A DNA stretch of 64,000 bases from a virus, in the IMG/VR virus record IMGVR_UViG_3300009103_001934, positions 96,001 through 160,000 of that record; one strand, given 5' to 3'. Numbering within the stretch: the first letter of the stretch is position 1; the number at the start of each line of letters is the position of its first letter. The translations under genes were made by a program, and so were the position numbers. Below are positions 55,355-64,000 of the stretch, one piece after another. Under the pieces are notes generated by a model. That model saw nothing but the letters and a program-made list of their open reading frames with translations, was not told where the DNA came from and ran no database searches.

Positions 55355-55872
55355 ATTTAATTAAAAAGCCAGCTTGGATTTTAGCTTTGATGTTAGCTTT
55401 AGGACCAATACCGGGGTGCGCTTTATTCGACAGGCACCAAAAAAATTCAGAAGGATATTACGAAAGACACTTCTGGGCGTGTGGGCCCATAGCCTTGGAA
55501 AAGGCCTTCTCGAAGAAATATGAAAGACGAGGTATTGCTTATTGCGTAAGCAGAGAAGAATTAAGCAAGCAGATCCAAGATTATGGAATGCTTAGAAAAG
55601 AGCTACTTTCTTATTTCGATAAAGAAGCCGTGGGCATTACTTGGCCGTCAGAAATTAAAAAGCTTGCAAGGAAGCATGGATTCGATGTTACAAAGATAGA
55701 CGATATAAACTCTTTGGATTCAAATGAAGATATTGCAATTGTTTTAATTCATGGTAAATTTTTTAGCAAGCAGTATCACTGGTTGGTATATCCACTGGAT
55801 GACGTTAAAAATTTTTATGGGAAAAAAACAGTAATTGACGTCATATACTTGTTAAAATGGAAAGGAGAATAA
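55351..55872 (+). CDS. Lipoprotein with C39-like papain-fold peptidase motif
   Basis: Lipobox IPGC, ACGPIAL (Cys), YHWLV (His). Confidence 0.55.
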   Translation: MNLIKKPAWILALMLALGPIPGCALFDRHQKNSEGYYERHFWACGPIALEKAFSKKYERRGIAYCVSREELSKQIQDYGMLRKELLSYFDKEAVGITWPSEIKKLARKHGFDVTKIDDINSLDSNEDIAIVLIHGKFFSKQYHWLVYPLDDVKNFYGKKTVIDVIYLLKWKGE

Positions 55873-55876
55873 AATT

Positions 55877-56014
55877 ATGAAAAAATTATTAGCACTTTTT
55901 GCCGCAGTACTATTCATGGGCTGCAATTGGGGTTCGAGTGTCTGCTCTTGTGGGGTAGATTGCTGCGAGTCTGGTAATTGCTCTACAGTTGATTGTAATT
56001 GTGCCTGTAAGTGA
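55877..56014 (+). CDS. 45-aa Cys-rich, metallothionein-like lipoprotein (not in ORF track)
   Basis: MKKLLALFAAVLFMG-C-NWGSSVCSCGVDCCESGNCSTVDCNCACK. Confidence 0.7.
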   Translation: MKKLLALFAAVLFMGCNWGSSVCSCGVDCCESGNCSTVDCNCACK

Positions 56015-56091
56015 AATTTTTTACTTGCTTTTAGTCTGGTACTCTGCTATTATTAAATCACCCTTAAGTAAGGGGTTTATTGATAAATAGT

Positions 56092-56316
56092 ATGAAAATG
56101 ATTAAAATTATCTGTATCGGGGCACTGCTCGCGGCTTATTCCGTGGGTTGTGCCGTAACTCAAAATCTGCCGTCGGTCACCCTTGGCCCTAAAGCTAACC
56201 ACGATAAGTTGCTTGGCGCTAGCGTCAGTAAGGATGGTGTAGCGGTAGTTGCTCCTCTCGTAGAGGTCGGTATTCCGGCCCCATCCCTAAGGGTAGGAGA
56301 CGGAAAGAAGAAGTAA
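56092..56316 (+). CDS. Small lipoprotein (o-spanin-like)
   Basis: Lipobox SVGC, Pro-containing mature part, terminator at 56341-56375. Confidence 0.55.
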   Translation: MKMIKIICIGALLAAYSVGCAVTQNLPSVTLGPKANHDKLLGASVSKDGVAVVAPLVEVGIPAPSLRVGDGKKK

Positions 56317-56439
56317 GTAAATTCTATATTTAGAATTAGCAAGCCTCCCATTTTATATGGGGGGTTATTTTTTTTTAGTTTTAAGTCTAAATCAGACTAA
56401 AATAAGTGTATTTTATTATAGCGCTTATAATATACCTGT

Positions 56440-56964
56440 ATGGAAAATTTAGAATTCGAAAATTTTGATGTGAACGAAGAGACTGTTTCCAGTTCTCAGC
56501 CTGATTCTGTTTCCCCAGAGGAAGAGCAACGGGAGAATATAAACTTTTCCAATAAGGTCATCAAAGCGCTGGAAGACAAAATTAAATTAAATAATACTAA
56601 TTCAAATTTTAACATTATTCAACTGAAAAGGGTATATACACATGGAGCTAAAGCGGCAGAAGAAGACAGGGGACTATTCGCTATGGCTAGAGTTAATATG
56701 TACATGAGGATGAAGAACGAAAAACAAATTATCTTAGGTAAGAAAAAAAGCGCTAAAAAAGAAAAACTTACCGAACTAGTCTTGGAAGATTCATCTGTTA
56801 ATCGTATAGATAAATATATAGATGCGACAGCAAATTGGCATCCTTCCGAAAAAGATTTCGAAGAGGCTAAAGTCGATATTGTTAAATATGAGTTAGATTA
56901 CGAATTTAAAGATATAGATGATTTATATTTGGACGAATACAAAAGAATAGAATTCGAGTATTGA
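56440..56964 (+). CDS. Hypothetical head-region protein
   Basis: LKRVYTHG..FAMARVNMY. Confidence 0.65.
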   Translation: MENLEFENFDVNEETVSSSQPDSVSPEEEQRENINFSNKVIKALEDKIKLNNTNSNFNIIQLKRVYTHGAKAAEEDRGLFAMARVNMYMRMKNEKQIILGKKKSAKKEKLTELVLEDSSVNRIDKYIDATANWHPSEKDFEEAKVDIVKYELDYEFKDIDDLYLDEYKRIEFEY

Positions 56965-56965
56965 C

Positions 56966-57277
56966 ATGGAAATAGACTTTACAGATCAAATTAAGCAGTT
57001 AAGGGCTGATGACAAAGCGGGGTACCCGCCTAACTGTAAAGAGGGATATGAAGAAAAAGAGGGCAAGTGTGTTGAAATAGAAGGCTACTGGAAGAAAAAC
57101 GTAGCCAAAGATTATCCGGGTAAAAATGTAAAACGCCGTAAAGATGGAGTGCCCGTGAAAAAGAAAAAAAAGAGAGCCTGTAAGCCGGGAGAGCATAGAG
57201 ATAAAAGCGGCAAGCTGATTAAAAATAGTAAATCAGCGTGCTACAAAGAACTATATAAGAAAGTAAAAGGACTTTAA
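56966..57277 (+). CDS. Basic Cys-containing hypothetical protein
   Basis: PNCKEGY..GKCV. Confidence 0.6.
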   Translation: MEIDFTDQIKQLRADDKAGYPPNCKEGYEEKEGKCVEIEGYWKKNVAKDYPGKNVKRRKDGVPVKKKKKRACKPGEHRDKSGKLIKNSKSACYKELYKKVKGL

Positions 57278-57278
57278 G

Positions 57279-57584
57279 ATGCAAGGAAACAAAAGATATC
57301 AACCAGAAACGTTCCAATACGTAAACTCGAGTGGGGCAGCGGCATCCATTTTAATTCCCACTCCGGGAACGGACAAGCGAATTGTGGTGCATAGTGTATT
57401 AAGTGACACTCAAGGTTGGTTAGTTTGGGGAAATGATAATAGCGTGGGGCAAAACGGGGGGAAAGTGTGCCGCGTAGACAATCAAGGTCAAGTTACTTAT
57501 GACATAGTTATGGGCGAAGACAAATCTCTTTGGAAGGGGCCGAACCTCGGGGGGAACTTAACTGTAACTTATTATATTATATAA
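57279..57584 (+). CDS. Hypothetical virion protein
   Basis: Beta-rich and lies in the head module. Confidence 0.6.
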   Translation: MQGNKRYQPETFQYVNSSGAAASILIPTPGTDKRIVVHSVLSDTQGWLVWGNDNSVGQNGGKVCRVDNQGQVTYDIVMGEDKSLWKGPNLGGNLTVTYYII

Positions 57585-57596
57585 GGAGAATTTGAA

Positions 57597-59096
57597 ATGG
57601 AAGACCATAAGTATACAAGTATTTTTAGCTCAACAATTAAACCGTTAGTCTCAGAAGAGAAAGACAAGTATCTTTCTCTTGCGAGTCTAGTAAATATATC
57701 TGAGTTTATACCCGACGTGGACACAGAAAAGAACGTAGATCTATTACCTATCGCCTTTAACGCTTGTGTGGCTAATAGAGTTAATAAGAATGGGGATGTA
57801 ATTGATACCTCTGTTGCCTCTAAAATATATGAGAATTTTATTAATAAACCTATCAATATTGAACATAATAGAGATAGAGTAGTTGGTGTTATCTTAACCG
57901 CTGGGTTTAGTGAGTTTGGAACCGACAACGTAATTAAAGCCGAAGACCTTTCTGAGAAGAAGGGTCCGTTTAATATTACCCTAGGCGGTGTTATTTGGCG
58001 GGTGGTTAATAGCGACCTAACGGATTTAATTGAGGATTCGGGTGATCCTACTAGCGAGAATTATAGAAAAATCTCTGCTAGCTGGGAGTTAGGATTCTCA
58101 GACTATAATTTAGTTTTACTACCAGAAGGGCAGAAAAACATAGAAAATGGAAAATTTATTACAGATGCATCCGAAATTGAAGATATGGAAAAGCATCTTA
58201 GGAGTTTTGGTGGAGACGGGTCGTTGGAAGACGGCCGATGCGTTTATCGCCAAGTAATAGCTGAGGTTGTTCCCCTTGGGATCGGCCTCACCGAATCACC
58301 AGCCGCGGATGTCAAAGGGCTAGTAACAAAAGGGGAGGAAGAAAGGCCTCAAAATGAAGAACTTGAAAGTTCTCAAAATAACAAAAATAATGTAAAAATA
58401 GATAAAGTTATGAATATTAAGATTGACAATATGAAAGATATCAACGATGAGTCGTTGAAAGAATTATCTGCTTCGTCCATCACAGACTTTATCCAAAGTG
58501 AACTCGAAAAAGCTTCCGAGCAATATAAGAAGGAAATGACCGAAGCCGAGGAGGCCCTTAATGCCGCCAACGAAAAGGCTGAGACACTCCAGACTGAGCA
58601 AGAGAAGATTGATAAAGAGCTAGCGGAGGTAAAGTCTAATTTGGCTGAGCTTGAAAAAGCTAATGCCGAAAGAGCGGCCGAAGAAAGATTTAATCAACGC
58701 ATGTCTCTTATGGACGACACGTACGAATTAAGCGATGAAGATCGCGAGGTTCTTGCTAAGGACATTAAAGACATGGAAGAAGAAACATTTTCTAACTATC
58801 AAGAGAAACTAAGTATTCTTTTGAAAGAGAAAAACAAAGAAGTTCTTCGAGAAAAAGCTGAAGCTGAAGCTAAGGCCGTGGAAGACGCTGCTGTTGAAGT
58901 AGCCGAAACCGAGGTTAAAGAAGAAGCAAACGCCTCTACCGAAGAAGCAACCGAAGTGTTGGATCAGGCTGTTGAGAACGCCGAAGGCGAAAATCTGGAA
59001 GTACCAGAGGCCGCAGAAGCCGAAGAGCCCACGCTGTATGATAAATACGCTAAAGCTTTCGCTCCTGACCAATTCGAAATCAAAGTTAAACAATAA
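57597..59096 (+). CDS. Prohead protease fused to acidic coiled-coil scaffold
   Basis: INIEHNRDRVVG (His), ASWELG (Ser), PAADV, then an E/K/A-rich helical C-half, upstream of the capsid genes. Confidence 0.75.
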   Translation: MEDHKYTSIFSSTIKPLVSEEKDKYLSLASLVNISEFIPDVDTEKNVDLLPIAFNACVANRVNKNGDVIDTSVASKIYENFINKPINIEHNRDRVVGVILTAGFSEFGTDNVIKAEDLSEKKGPFNITLGGVIWRVVNSDLTDLIEDSGDPTSENYRKISASWELGFSDYNLVLLPEGQKNIENGKFITDASEIEDMEKHLRSFGGDGSLEDGRCVYRQVIAEVVPLGIGLTESPAADVKGLVTKGEEERPQNEELESSQNNKNNVKIDKVMNIKIDNMKDINDESLKELSASSITDFIQSELEKASEQYKKEMTEAEEALNAANEKAETLQTEQEKIDKELAEVKSNLAELEKANAERAAEERFNQRMSLMDDTYELSDEDREVLAKDIKDMEEETFSNYQEKLSILLKEKNKEVLREKAEAEAKAVEDAAVEVAETEVKEEANASTEEATEVLDQAVENAEGENLEVPEAAEAEEPTLYDKYAKAFAPDQFEIKVKQ

Positions 59097-59123
59097 TTTA
59101 TTAACAATTAAGGAGAAAATATT

Positions 59124-59714
59124 ATGGCAACATTAAGACCATTTAGACAAATTAGTGAAAACGACGTTGTTAACCTCTATGCGTTTGATTATGCCGGTAC
59201 GGCAATCACGCGGGGGCACCTCGTCAAGTTACGTAGTGATCGCGGTTGGATGGCTGACGATGAATTCCTGACGGAGTCCATCAATAACGACTATACCAAT
59301 ACCGTTTCTGATCGTTACGGATTAAACAGCCGAGTGCAAACTTGCACATCGGGAGATACGCCGCTTGGCATGCTTATGTATGACGTAGCGGAAGTGGATG
59401 AGAATGGAGAGAAGCTCGTGTGGCATCCTCGTAAAGCTCATGAAATGCAAACTGCGCTTAGTGGACAAGCTGTTCCGATCTTGACTCGCGGTATCGTTCT
59501 TGTGAACGGTATTGACGTATTCAACGGAGAGACTGTCGCTGCGGGGACACCGCTTTATGCTGGTGACAACGGAGCAATTATCACTAATACACTTGCCGAG
59601 AAAGAAAATTTGGTTAAAATCGGTCAGGCTTTAGGTCCTGCTGTAGATAATACGGCTGCCACCTATAATAGTCTCGGTAACCACGGTGACGTGTTAATCA
59701 AACTGGAACTCTAA
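59124..59714 (+). CDS. Head decoration/cement protein
   Basis: Between scaffold and MCP. PLGMLMYD, AVPILTRG, LIKLEL. Confidence 0.65.
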   Translation: MATLRPFRQISENDVVNLYAFDYAGTAITRGHLVKLRSDRGWMADDEFLTESINNDYTNTVSDRYGLNSRVQTCTSGDTPLGMLMYDVAEVDENGEKLVWHPRKAHEMQTALSGQAVPILTRGIVLVNGIDVFNGETVAAGTPLYAGDNGAIITNTLAEKENLVKIGQALGPAVDNTAATYNSLGNHGDVLIKLEL

Positions 59715-59738
59715 ACTTATTAAGGAGAAAGAATTATA

Positions 59739-60887
59739 ATGAAATTGAAATTAAAAAATACTCCAGAACAAGTTGAGCTTATTAGAGCGTTGGGATCGAA
59801 AGATAACAACATTTCTACAGAGGCAGCAACTGCGTTTGCCGCTTTCATCGGTCCAGTTATTCAGAAAGTAATCGCTCAGGCTAGTACAGCCGGACTGATT
59901 TTCTCTGATAGCTCTTACGATGAAGATGATAGCCCATCTTATCCTCTGGATTTATACTATAACGAAGGTGTTGGTTATATCAACACTTGGTCACAAACAA
60001 TTGCTGGTGGTATGCCTACCTCGCAAGTCGAAGGTGTGAAAGAGATGAAAATCTCCACCTATCGCCTCGATAGCGCAGTTAGCTTCCTCAAAAAGTATGC
60101 TCGTAAGAGCCGCTTGGATGTCATCAGTAAGGCTCTCGAGCGCATGGCGCAAGAGGTCTTGGTCAAGCAGGAAAGAAATGCTTGGTCGGTAATCATGAAG
60201 GCTCTGGCTGACGCCAGATCCACAGTGTCTACCGCCACGTCCGACGGACACGTGTTCGCTTCTATGGCTGCGAATCAGTTTAAGGTCCATGATCTTAGCA
60301 GACTGATGACCTTAATGCGTAGACTTAGTGGGTCTTTTGCTTCCGGTACTCCGGCTGGCGCAGACACCTATGGTCTTACGGACTTGTTCGTAAGCCCCGA
60401 AGTCAAGCAAGAAGTTCGCGGTTTTGCTTATCAGCCGATGAATACTTACACCACTGGTGGTGGCGGTATTGCTTTGCCGGACAGCGTTCGTGAAGATGTC
60501 TTCCGTGCAGCTGGAACCAACGAGATCTACGGTGTGAGAATCACTGACTTGATCGAATTGGGTGACGGACAAAAGTATACCAAGCTGTTCAGAGAGTTCA
60601 ATCAAGCATCTACTGGCACTCCTACCGTGGCTCATACGAGCAATACGGATTCGGGCGCGCAAAGTAGCGCTATGAGCGCTACAGTTGACGATCTTATCGT
60701 CGGTGTAGACGCTTCTCGTGAAGCGTTCATCCGTCCTGTTGCACAGCAGCATGATAGCGGTGGCTCATTTGTGACACTTCCTGATGATCAGTTCGCGTCT
60801 CGCGCTGACAAGACCGGCTTCTACGGTTTCCTAGAAGAGGGTCGTGTTTGTATCGATTCACGGGCGATTGTTGGTATGATCGTCTAA
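59739..60887 (+). CDS. Major capsid protein (HK97-fold)
   Basis: Position, size (382 aa), own terminator, LERMAQEVLVKQE backbone helix, C-terminal EEGRVCIDSRAIVG. Confidence 0.8.
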   Translation: MKLKLKNTPEQVELIRALGSKDNNISTEAATAFAAFIGPVIQKVIAQASTAGLIFSDSSYDEDDSPSYPLDLYYNEGVGYINTWSQTIAGGMPTSQVEGVKEMKISTYRLDSAVSFLKKYARKSRLDVISKALERMAQEVLVKQERNAWSVIMKALADARSTVSTATSDGHVFASMAANQFKVHDLSRLMTLMRRLSGSFASGTPAGADTYGLTDLFVSPEVKQEVRGFAYQPMNTYTTGGGGIALPDSVREDVFRAAGTNEIYGVRITDLIELGDGQKYTKLFREFNQASTGTPTVAHTSNTDSGAQSSAMSATVDDLIVGVDASREAFIRPVAQQHDSGGSFVTLPDDQFASRADKTGFYGFLEEGRVCIDSRAIVGMIV

Positions 60888-60906
60888 TCTACGGTTTTAT
60901 TACCGG

Positions 60907-60936
60907 ACTCGGGGGGTTTCCCCCGAGTTTTTTTTT
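60907..60936 (+). terminator. Intrinsic terminator after MCP
   Basis: ACTCGGGGG-GTTT-CCCCCGAGT followed by a T-tract. Confidence 0.9.
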
Positions 60937-60991
60937 GTTTTTATATAGCGCCCGTGCTATAATATTGTGTAACTTTTTATTAGTATTTATA

Positions 60992-62533
60992 ATGGCAGAT
61001 AACACCTATAGCCCGCAAACCCCGCCAATACAGGATTTAGATTATAAATCTTTCGGTCCGGATAGCATGGACGAAAACAAAAAACTGATGGTTTATAACG
61101 ATGGGTCCGTATTGGTTGAAAATATAGAAGAGCGAACTGCGGACGGGCTAAGCTACGAATTGGATAAAAAGAATAATTATGTTTATTTTTCAAATAACTT
61201 AGATGCCAATACTAAGGTAAAATATATCCCTAAAAACGTAGATAAAGTTTATTGTACTACTATTAATAAAACCTTTTCTATCAAAGGGGCTTTGGCTGTT
61301 TTTAAAAATGACGTAAGAAAGTTTATTGTTAAAAATTTAGATAGATACAAAACATCTAAGAAGTCACTCAAAAAAGAGATAGACAAGATCCTACTAAAGA
61401 AAAATCAATTTCTTTGGACCGAAAAAAGACTAAGTAGCGAATGGAACAAAACTTACGTTGATAGCGTTACTCTAGGACCGTATAGCTGCGACACCACCCT
61501 AACCGTTACCAAAGATATAGAAATGATTAATGACTTAATAGTTATTAAAACAGGGGATTGGGGCCAGCTTTATGACTCGAAAACAAAAAAGATGAACACG
61601 GTAGCTCGCGCAGGAAAAATTGTTTGGGTATCTCCCCACGAAATTTTAAATTATTCCGGAGAGGCAAATTATTATTCAAGCGGTGAAGTATGGACCTATA
61701 ACACAACTAACAGCGGTGTGTATTCAGGAGAAACTTTTTTGAATGTAAGTTATGGAGTAGGAAACAATAGGGAATCTTACGGTTTATCTTCTCGGTTTAT
61801 AAAAATTCCAAAAGACACTCAGATTAAGACTGAATTTCCATATGAAGAAATCCCAAGAGACGAAACACAATTATTTCTTGACACTCGTCAGGGGGTGGGG
61901 ATTGAAAAACAATTTTTTAATGGTATATATTCAGAGTGGGATTGGGCTCAAAGGGTATTAACTGGGACTTGGGATGGAGTCGTTCCTTCGGGTTCATATA
62001 TTGAATTGCAAACTTGGTCTACAAACCCTCAGTTCGTTGGCTTTAATGGAGAAATTACTGTTAAGCCTGTAGATACCACTTTAGTCGAGGATATTGATTT
62101 GTCTTACAATATAAGCGCTACAGCGTCGGATTTAAATTATCAAGCTTCAGTGAGAAAGGCGGTACAAAAGGCCAAAAATGTTTTTTATAAAAAATTGAAC
62201 AAACACTTGGTCTCTAAAGGCCTAAAGAAAAAATCTTCAAACCTTAAGAGGTATGATAAGATGCTGGAAAGAGTAGCTCAAAATGTATACGATGGATTAT
62301 CTTTTGTGAGAAATGAAAATATAGCAAAAATACAAGGCTTAGAAAGTAACCCCTTAGATGGACCGATATATTACGACGGCACAGCCAAAATGTATGGAGG
62401 AAGTAAGGAAGAGGCAGACTATGATTACTCACGAACAAAATCACAAAGAAGTTATTTAGGCTTGAATCCATCAAGCACGTCGCAATCTACCTCATCCAAG
62501 ACGAACGCTGGAGACATGGGAGGAAGTTATTAA
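60992..62533 (+). CDS. Virion-associated hypothetical protein
   Basis: ATG after GTGTAA at 60967. The track start upstream crosses the terminator. Confidence 0.65.
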   Translation: MADNTYSPQTPPIQDLDYKSFGPDSMDENKKLMVYNDGSVLVENIEERTADGLSYELDKKNNYVYFSNNLDANTKVKYIPKNVDKVYCTTINKTFSIKGALAVFKNDVRKFIVKNLDRYKTSKKSLKKEIDKILLKKNQFLWTEKRLSSEWNKTYVDSVTLGPYSCDTTLTVTKDIEMINDLIVIKTGDWGQLYDSKTKKMNTVARAGKIVWVSPHEILNYSGEANYYSSGEVWTYNTTNSGVYSGETFLNVSYGVGNNRESYGLSSRFIKIPKDTQIKTEFPYEEIPRDETQLFLDTRQGVGIEKQFFNGIYSEWDWAQRVLTGTWDGVVPSGSYIELQTWSTNPQFVGFNGEITVKPVDTTLVEDIDLSYNISATASDLNYQASVRKAVQKAKNVFYKKLNKHLVSKGLKKKSSNLKRYDKMLERVAQNVYDGLSFVRNENIAKIQGLESNPLDGPIYYDGTAKMYGGSKEEADYDYSRTKSQRSYLGLNPSSTSQSTSSKTNAGDMGGSY

Positions 62534-64000
62534 TGAGCTTTAAAACAAATAGAGTTAACAGAAATTTTGTTTTAACAACAAATTTATATTTTAATAGTAG
62601 CTCTTGGAATAGGTCTGGAGATACTACTCCTAGATTTTATTTAAAACCTTCGAACCTTACTCATCTAGAAAAAGTAGCTTTTAACTACAGCGGAGCGAAA
62701 GCTAATGACTATGTAAAACGAGGGCATAAATTTTGGGGATATAAAAAAGATGATACCCTTACTAATAAAGAGGTCCTAGAGCATTATGATCAAATTAAAA
62801 CATCTTATCCATATGGATTTGTACAGGGAGATATAGCGAGCGAGAATAAATATAATATTGATGTAAAAAATAATGATGCTTTTCAGTCTTTTTACAAATC
62901 TTATTGGGATAATAATCCAGATAAGATAAAACAACCCAAAAAGGATACGAAAGGCGAATGGGATCACCCTCACCCTTATATATCTTTTACGACAAATGAA
63001 ATTATTACCGCGAAACATAATGTAGGTACGGTCCCGGTTTTAGAGGCGGGAATACCGACATGGGCCGAATATGGCGTTGGCACCCCTTACTATTCTCAAC
63101 CAGAAGCCTATTCATGCATGGATCAAAACTTAAGCGCAGTTGCTTATGATTATTATGGCGATAATAAACTCGCTTTTATTATTGAAGGCGGCGCGCATAT
63201 GCCCTTAGTGCTAGCTAACAGTGGTCATTCTTATACATTTAATTTACAAAGTGGCGCTACTCCATGGGCTACCTCTAATGTGTGGCCCACAGGGGTCGGA
63301 GGAGCACACTCAGGAATAGATTTACACTTTAGCACTGGAAGGGATGGCACTTGGAATGGTTTCGACAAATTGGATGACGGCGTAGCCGGTGACGCGTTTA
63401 TTAGAAGAGCATACGAAAAACCGGGCACACACACCTATTACGTATCCTCTGCAGTTAAAGACGGTGATCCAAATACCGGGCATCCTTGGTATAATTCAGG
63501 TAGCGTTTCTGGATTTGTTATAAGTGGTGAAAGCCAACAGTCTGGACCATTAAATTTATATAGGGGTTGGACCTATGTTTTCAATCTAACTGGATCCTCT
63601 AACGTGTCTGAGCGAGGAACGGATGGCAATTCACAAAACGCTGGAGGGGACTATGATCGTAGCGCGTTATACTTCACTAATAGCCTTGTATCGGGCGAGT
63701 GGGGAAATGAATCTGAAAACGAACTTGGCGGCGGGATTTGGGCAACCGGTATCGGCGCAGGAATTTATACAATTAGTTTGGACTGGGACTGTCCAGACAC
63801 CTTCTTTTATCAAAATAGATATGCTGCGTATTATGGCGGCGTAGTAAACGTAACTGATCCTCCTACAGCTTTGGGTGATAAGCCGGGGCAAATAGTAAGG
63901 ATCACCTTAAGCGGGGGTAAAGACGAATATCTATTTTATTATTCTCCTAATCAATCTGGAATGGGAGGATTAATGATACTAAAGGGAACTTGCGACGGTA
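62533..64000 (+). CDS. Large virion structural protein, truncated by the window (not in ORF track)
   Basis: Hand-translated open frame from ATG 62533 with no stop seen. G/S/T/N-rich, HPWYNSGS..LNLYRGWTYVFNL. Confidence 0.75.
   Translation, partial: MSFKTNRVNRNFVLTTNLYFNSSSWNRSGDTTPRFYLKPSNLTHLEKVAFNYSGAKANDYVKRGHKFWGYKKDDTLTNKEVLEHYDQIKTSYPYGFVQGDIASENKYNIDVKNNDAFQSFYKSYWDNNPDKIKQPKKDTKGEWDHPHPYISFTTNEIITAKHNVGTVPVLEAGIPTWAEYGVGTPYYSQPEAYSCMDQNLSAVAYDYYGDNKLAFIIEGGAHMPLVLANSGHSYTFNLQSGATPWATSNVWPTGVGGAHSGIDLHFSTGRDGTWNGFDKLDDGVAGDAFIRRAYEKPGTHTYYVSSAVKDGDPNTGHPWYNSGSVSGFVISGESQQSGPLNLYRGWTYVFNLTGSSNVSERGTDGNSQNAGGDYDRSALYFTNSLVSGEWGNESENELGGGIWATGIGAGIYTISLDWDCPDTFFYQNRYAAYYGGVVNVTDPPTALGDKPGQIVRITLSGGKDEYLFYYSPNQSGMGGLMILKGTCDG

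Noticed and set aside
60848-60991. Track N-terminal extension of the post-capsid gene
   Set aside because: It overlaps the MCP end and crosses its terminator. The ATG at 60992 after GTGTAA is preferred.
1-64000. Assigning a specific host or phage genus; prophage or cellular origin
   Set aside because: Scarce SD motifs and the gene content are only suggestive, and a database search is needed. No integrase or cellular housekeeping block was seen, so the window is treated as phage sequence.

Overview
A 64-kb segment of a large, AT-rich tailed dsDNA bacteriophage (Caudoviricetes) genome, with almost all genes on the + strand. No database search was run, so all calls rest on recognisable motifs. 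Layout: (1) 0.1-10.4 kb, accessory metabolism and glycan cluster (aldehyde dehydrogenase, lysine 6-dehydrogenase/saccharopine-DH family, DegT aminotransferase, SAM/FkbM methyltransferases, HAD phosphatase, lipoproteins). (2) 10.5-23.8 kb, sigma70-driven DNA-metabolism region (HhH-GPD glycosylase, ATP-dependent ligase, rIIA/rIIB-like, RuvB-like) with two repeat-rich non-coding islands. (3) 23.8-34.7 kb, early/host-takeover-like region of small, often leaderless ORFs. It is punctuated by 8 copies of a CGGGACCGGTCCCG module, DnaA boxes, 7-1-7 operator-like palindromes and a second palindrome-type promoter, and it holds a candidate 72-nt sRNA antisense to the start regions of about 10 early genes, a 450-nt structured RNA region and an unannotated ArfA-like peptide. 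(4) 34.7-44.3 kb, dTDP-rhamnose/glycosyltransferase cluster plus PhoH, ClpP and a sulfotransferase. (5) 44.5-64 kb, sigma factor, ERCC4 nuclease, terminase, portal, prohead protease-scaffold, major capsid and virion genes, several preceded by a GTGTA(A/T) late-promoter-like motif. No CRISPR array, canonical tRNA, rRNA, integrase or transposase was seen.
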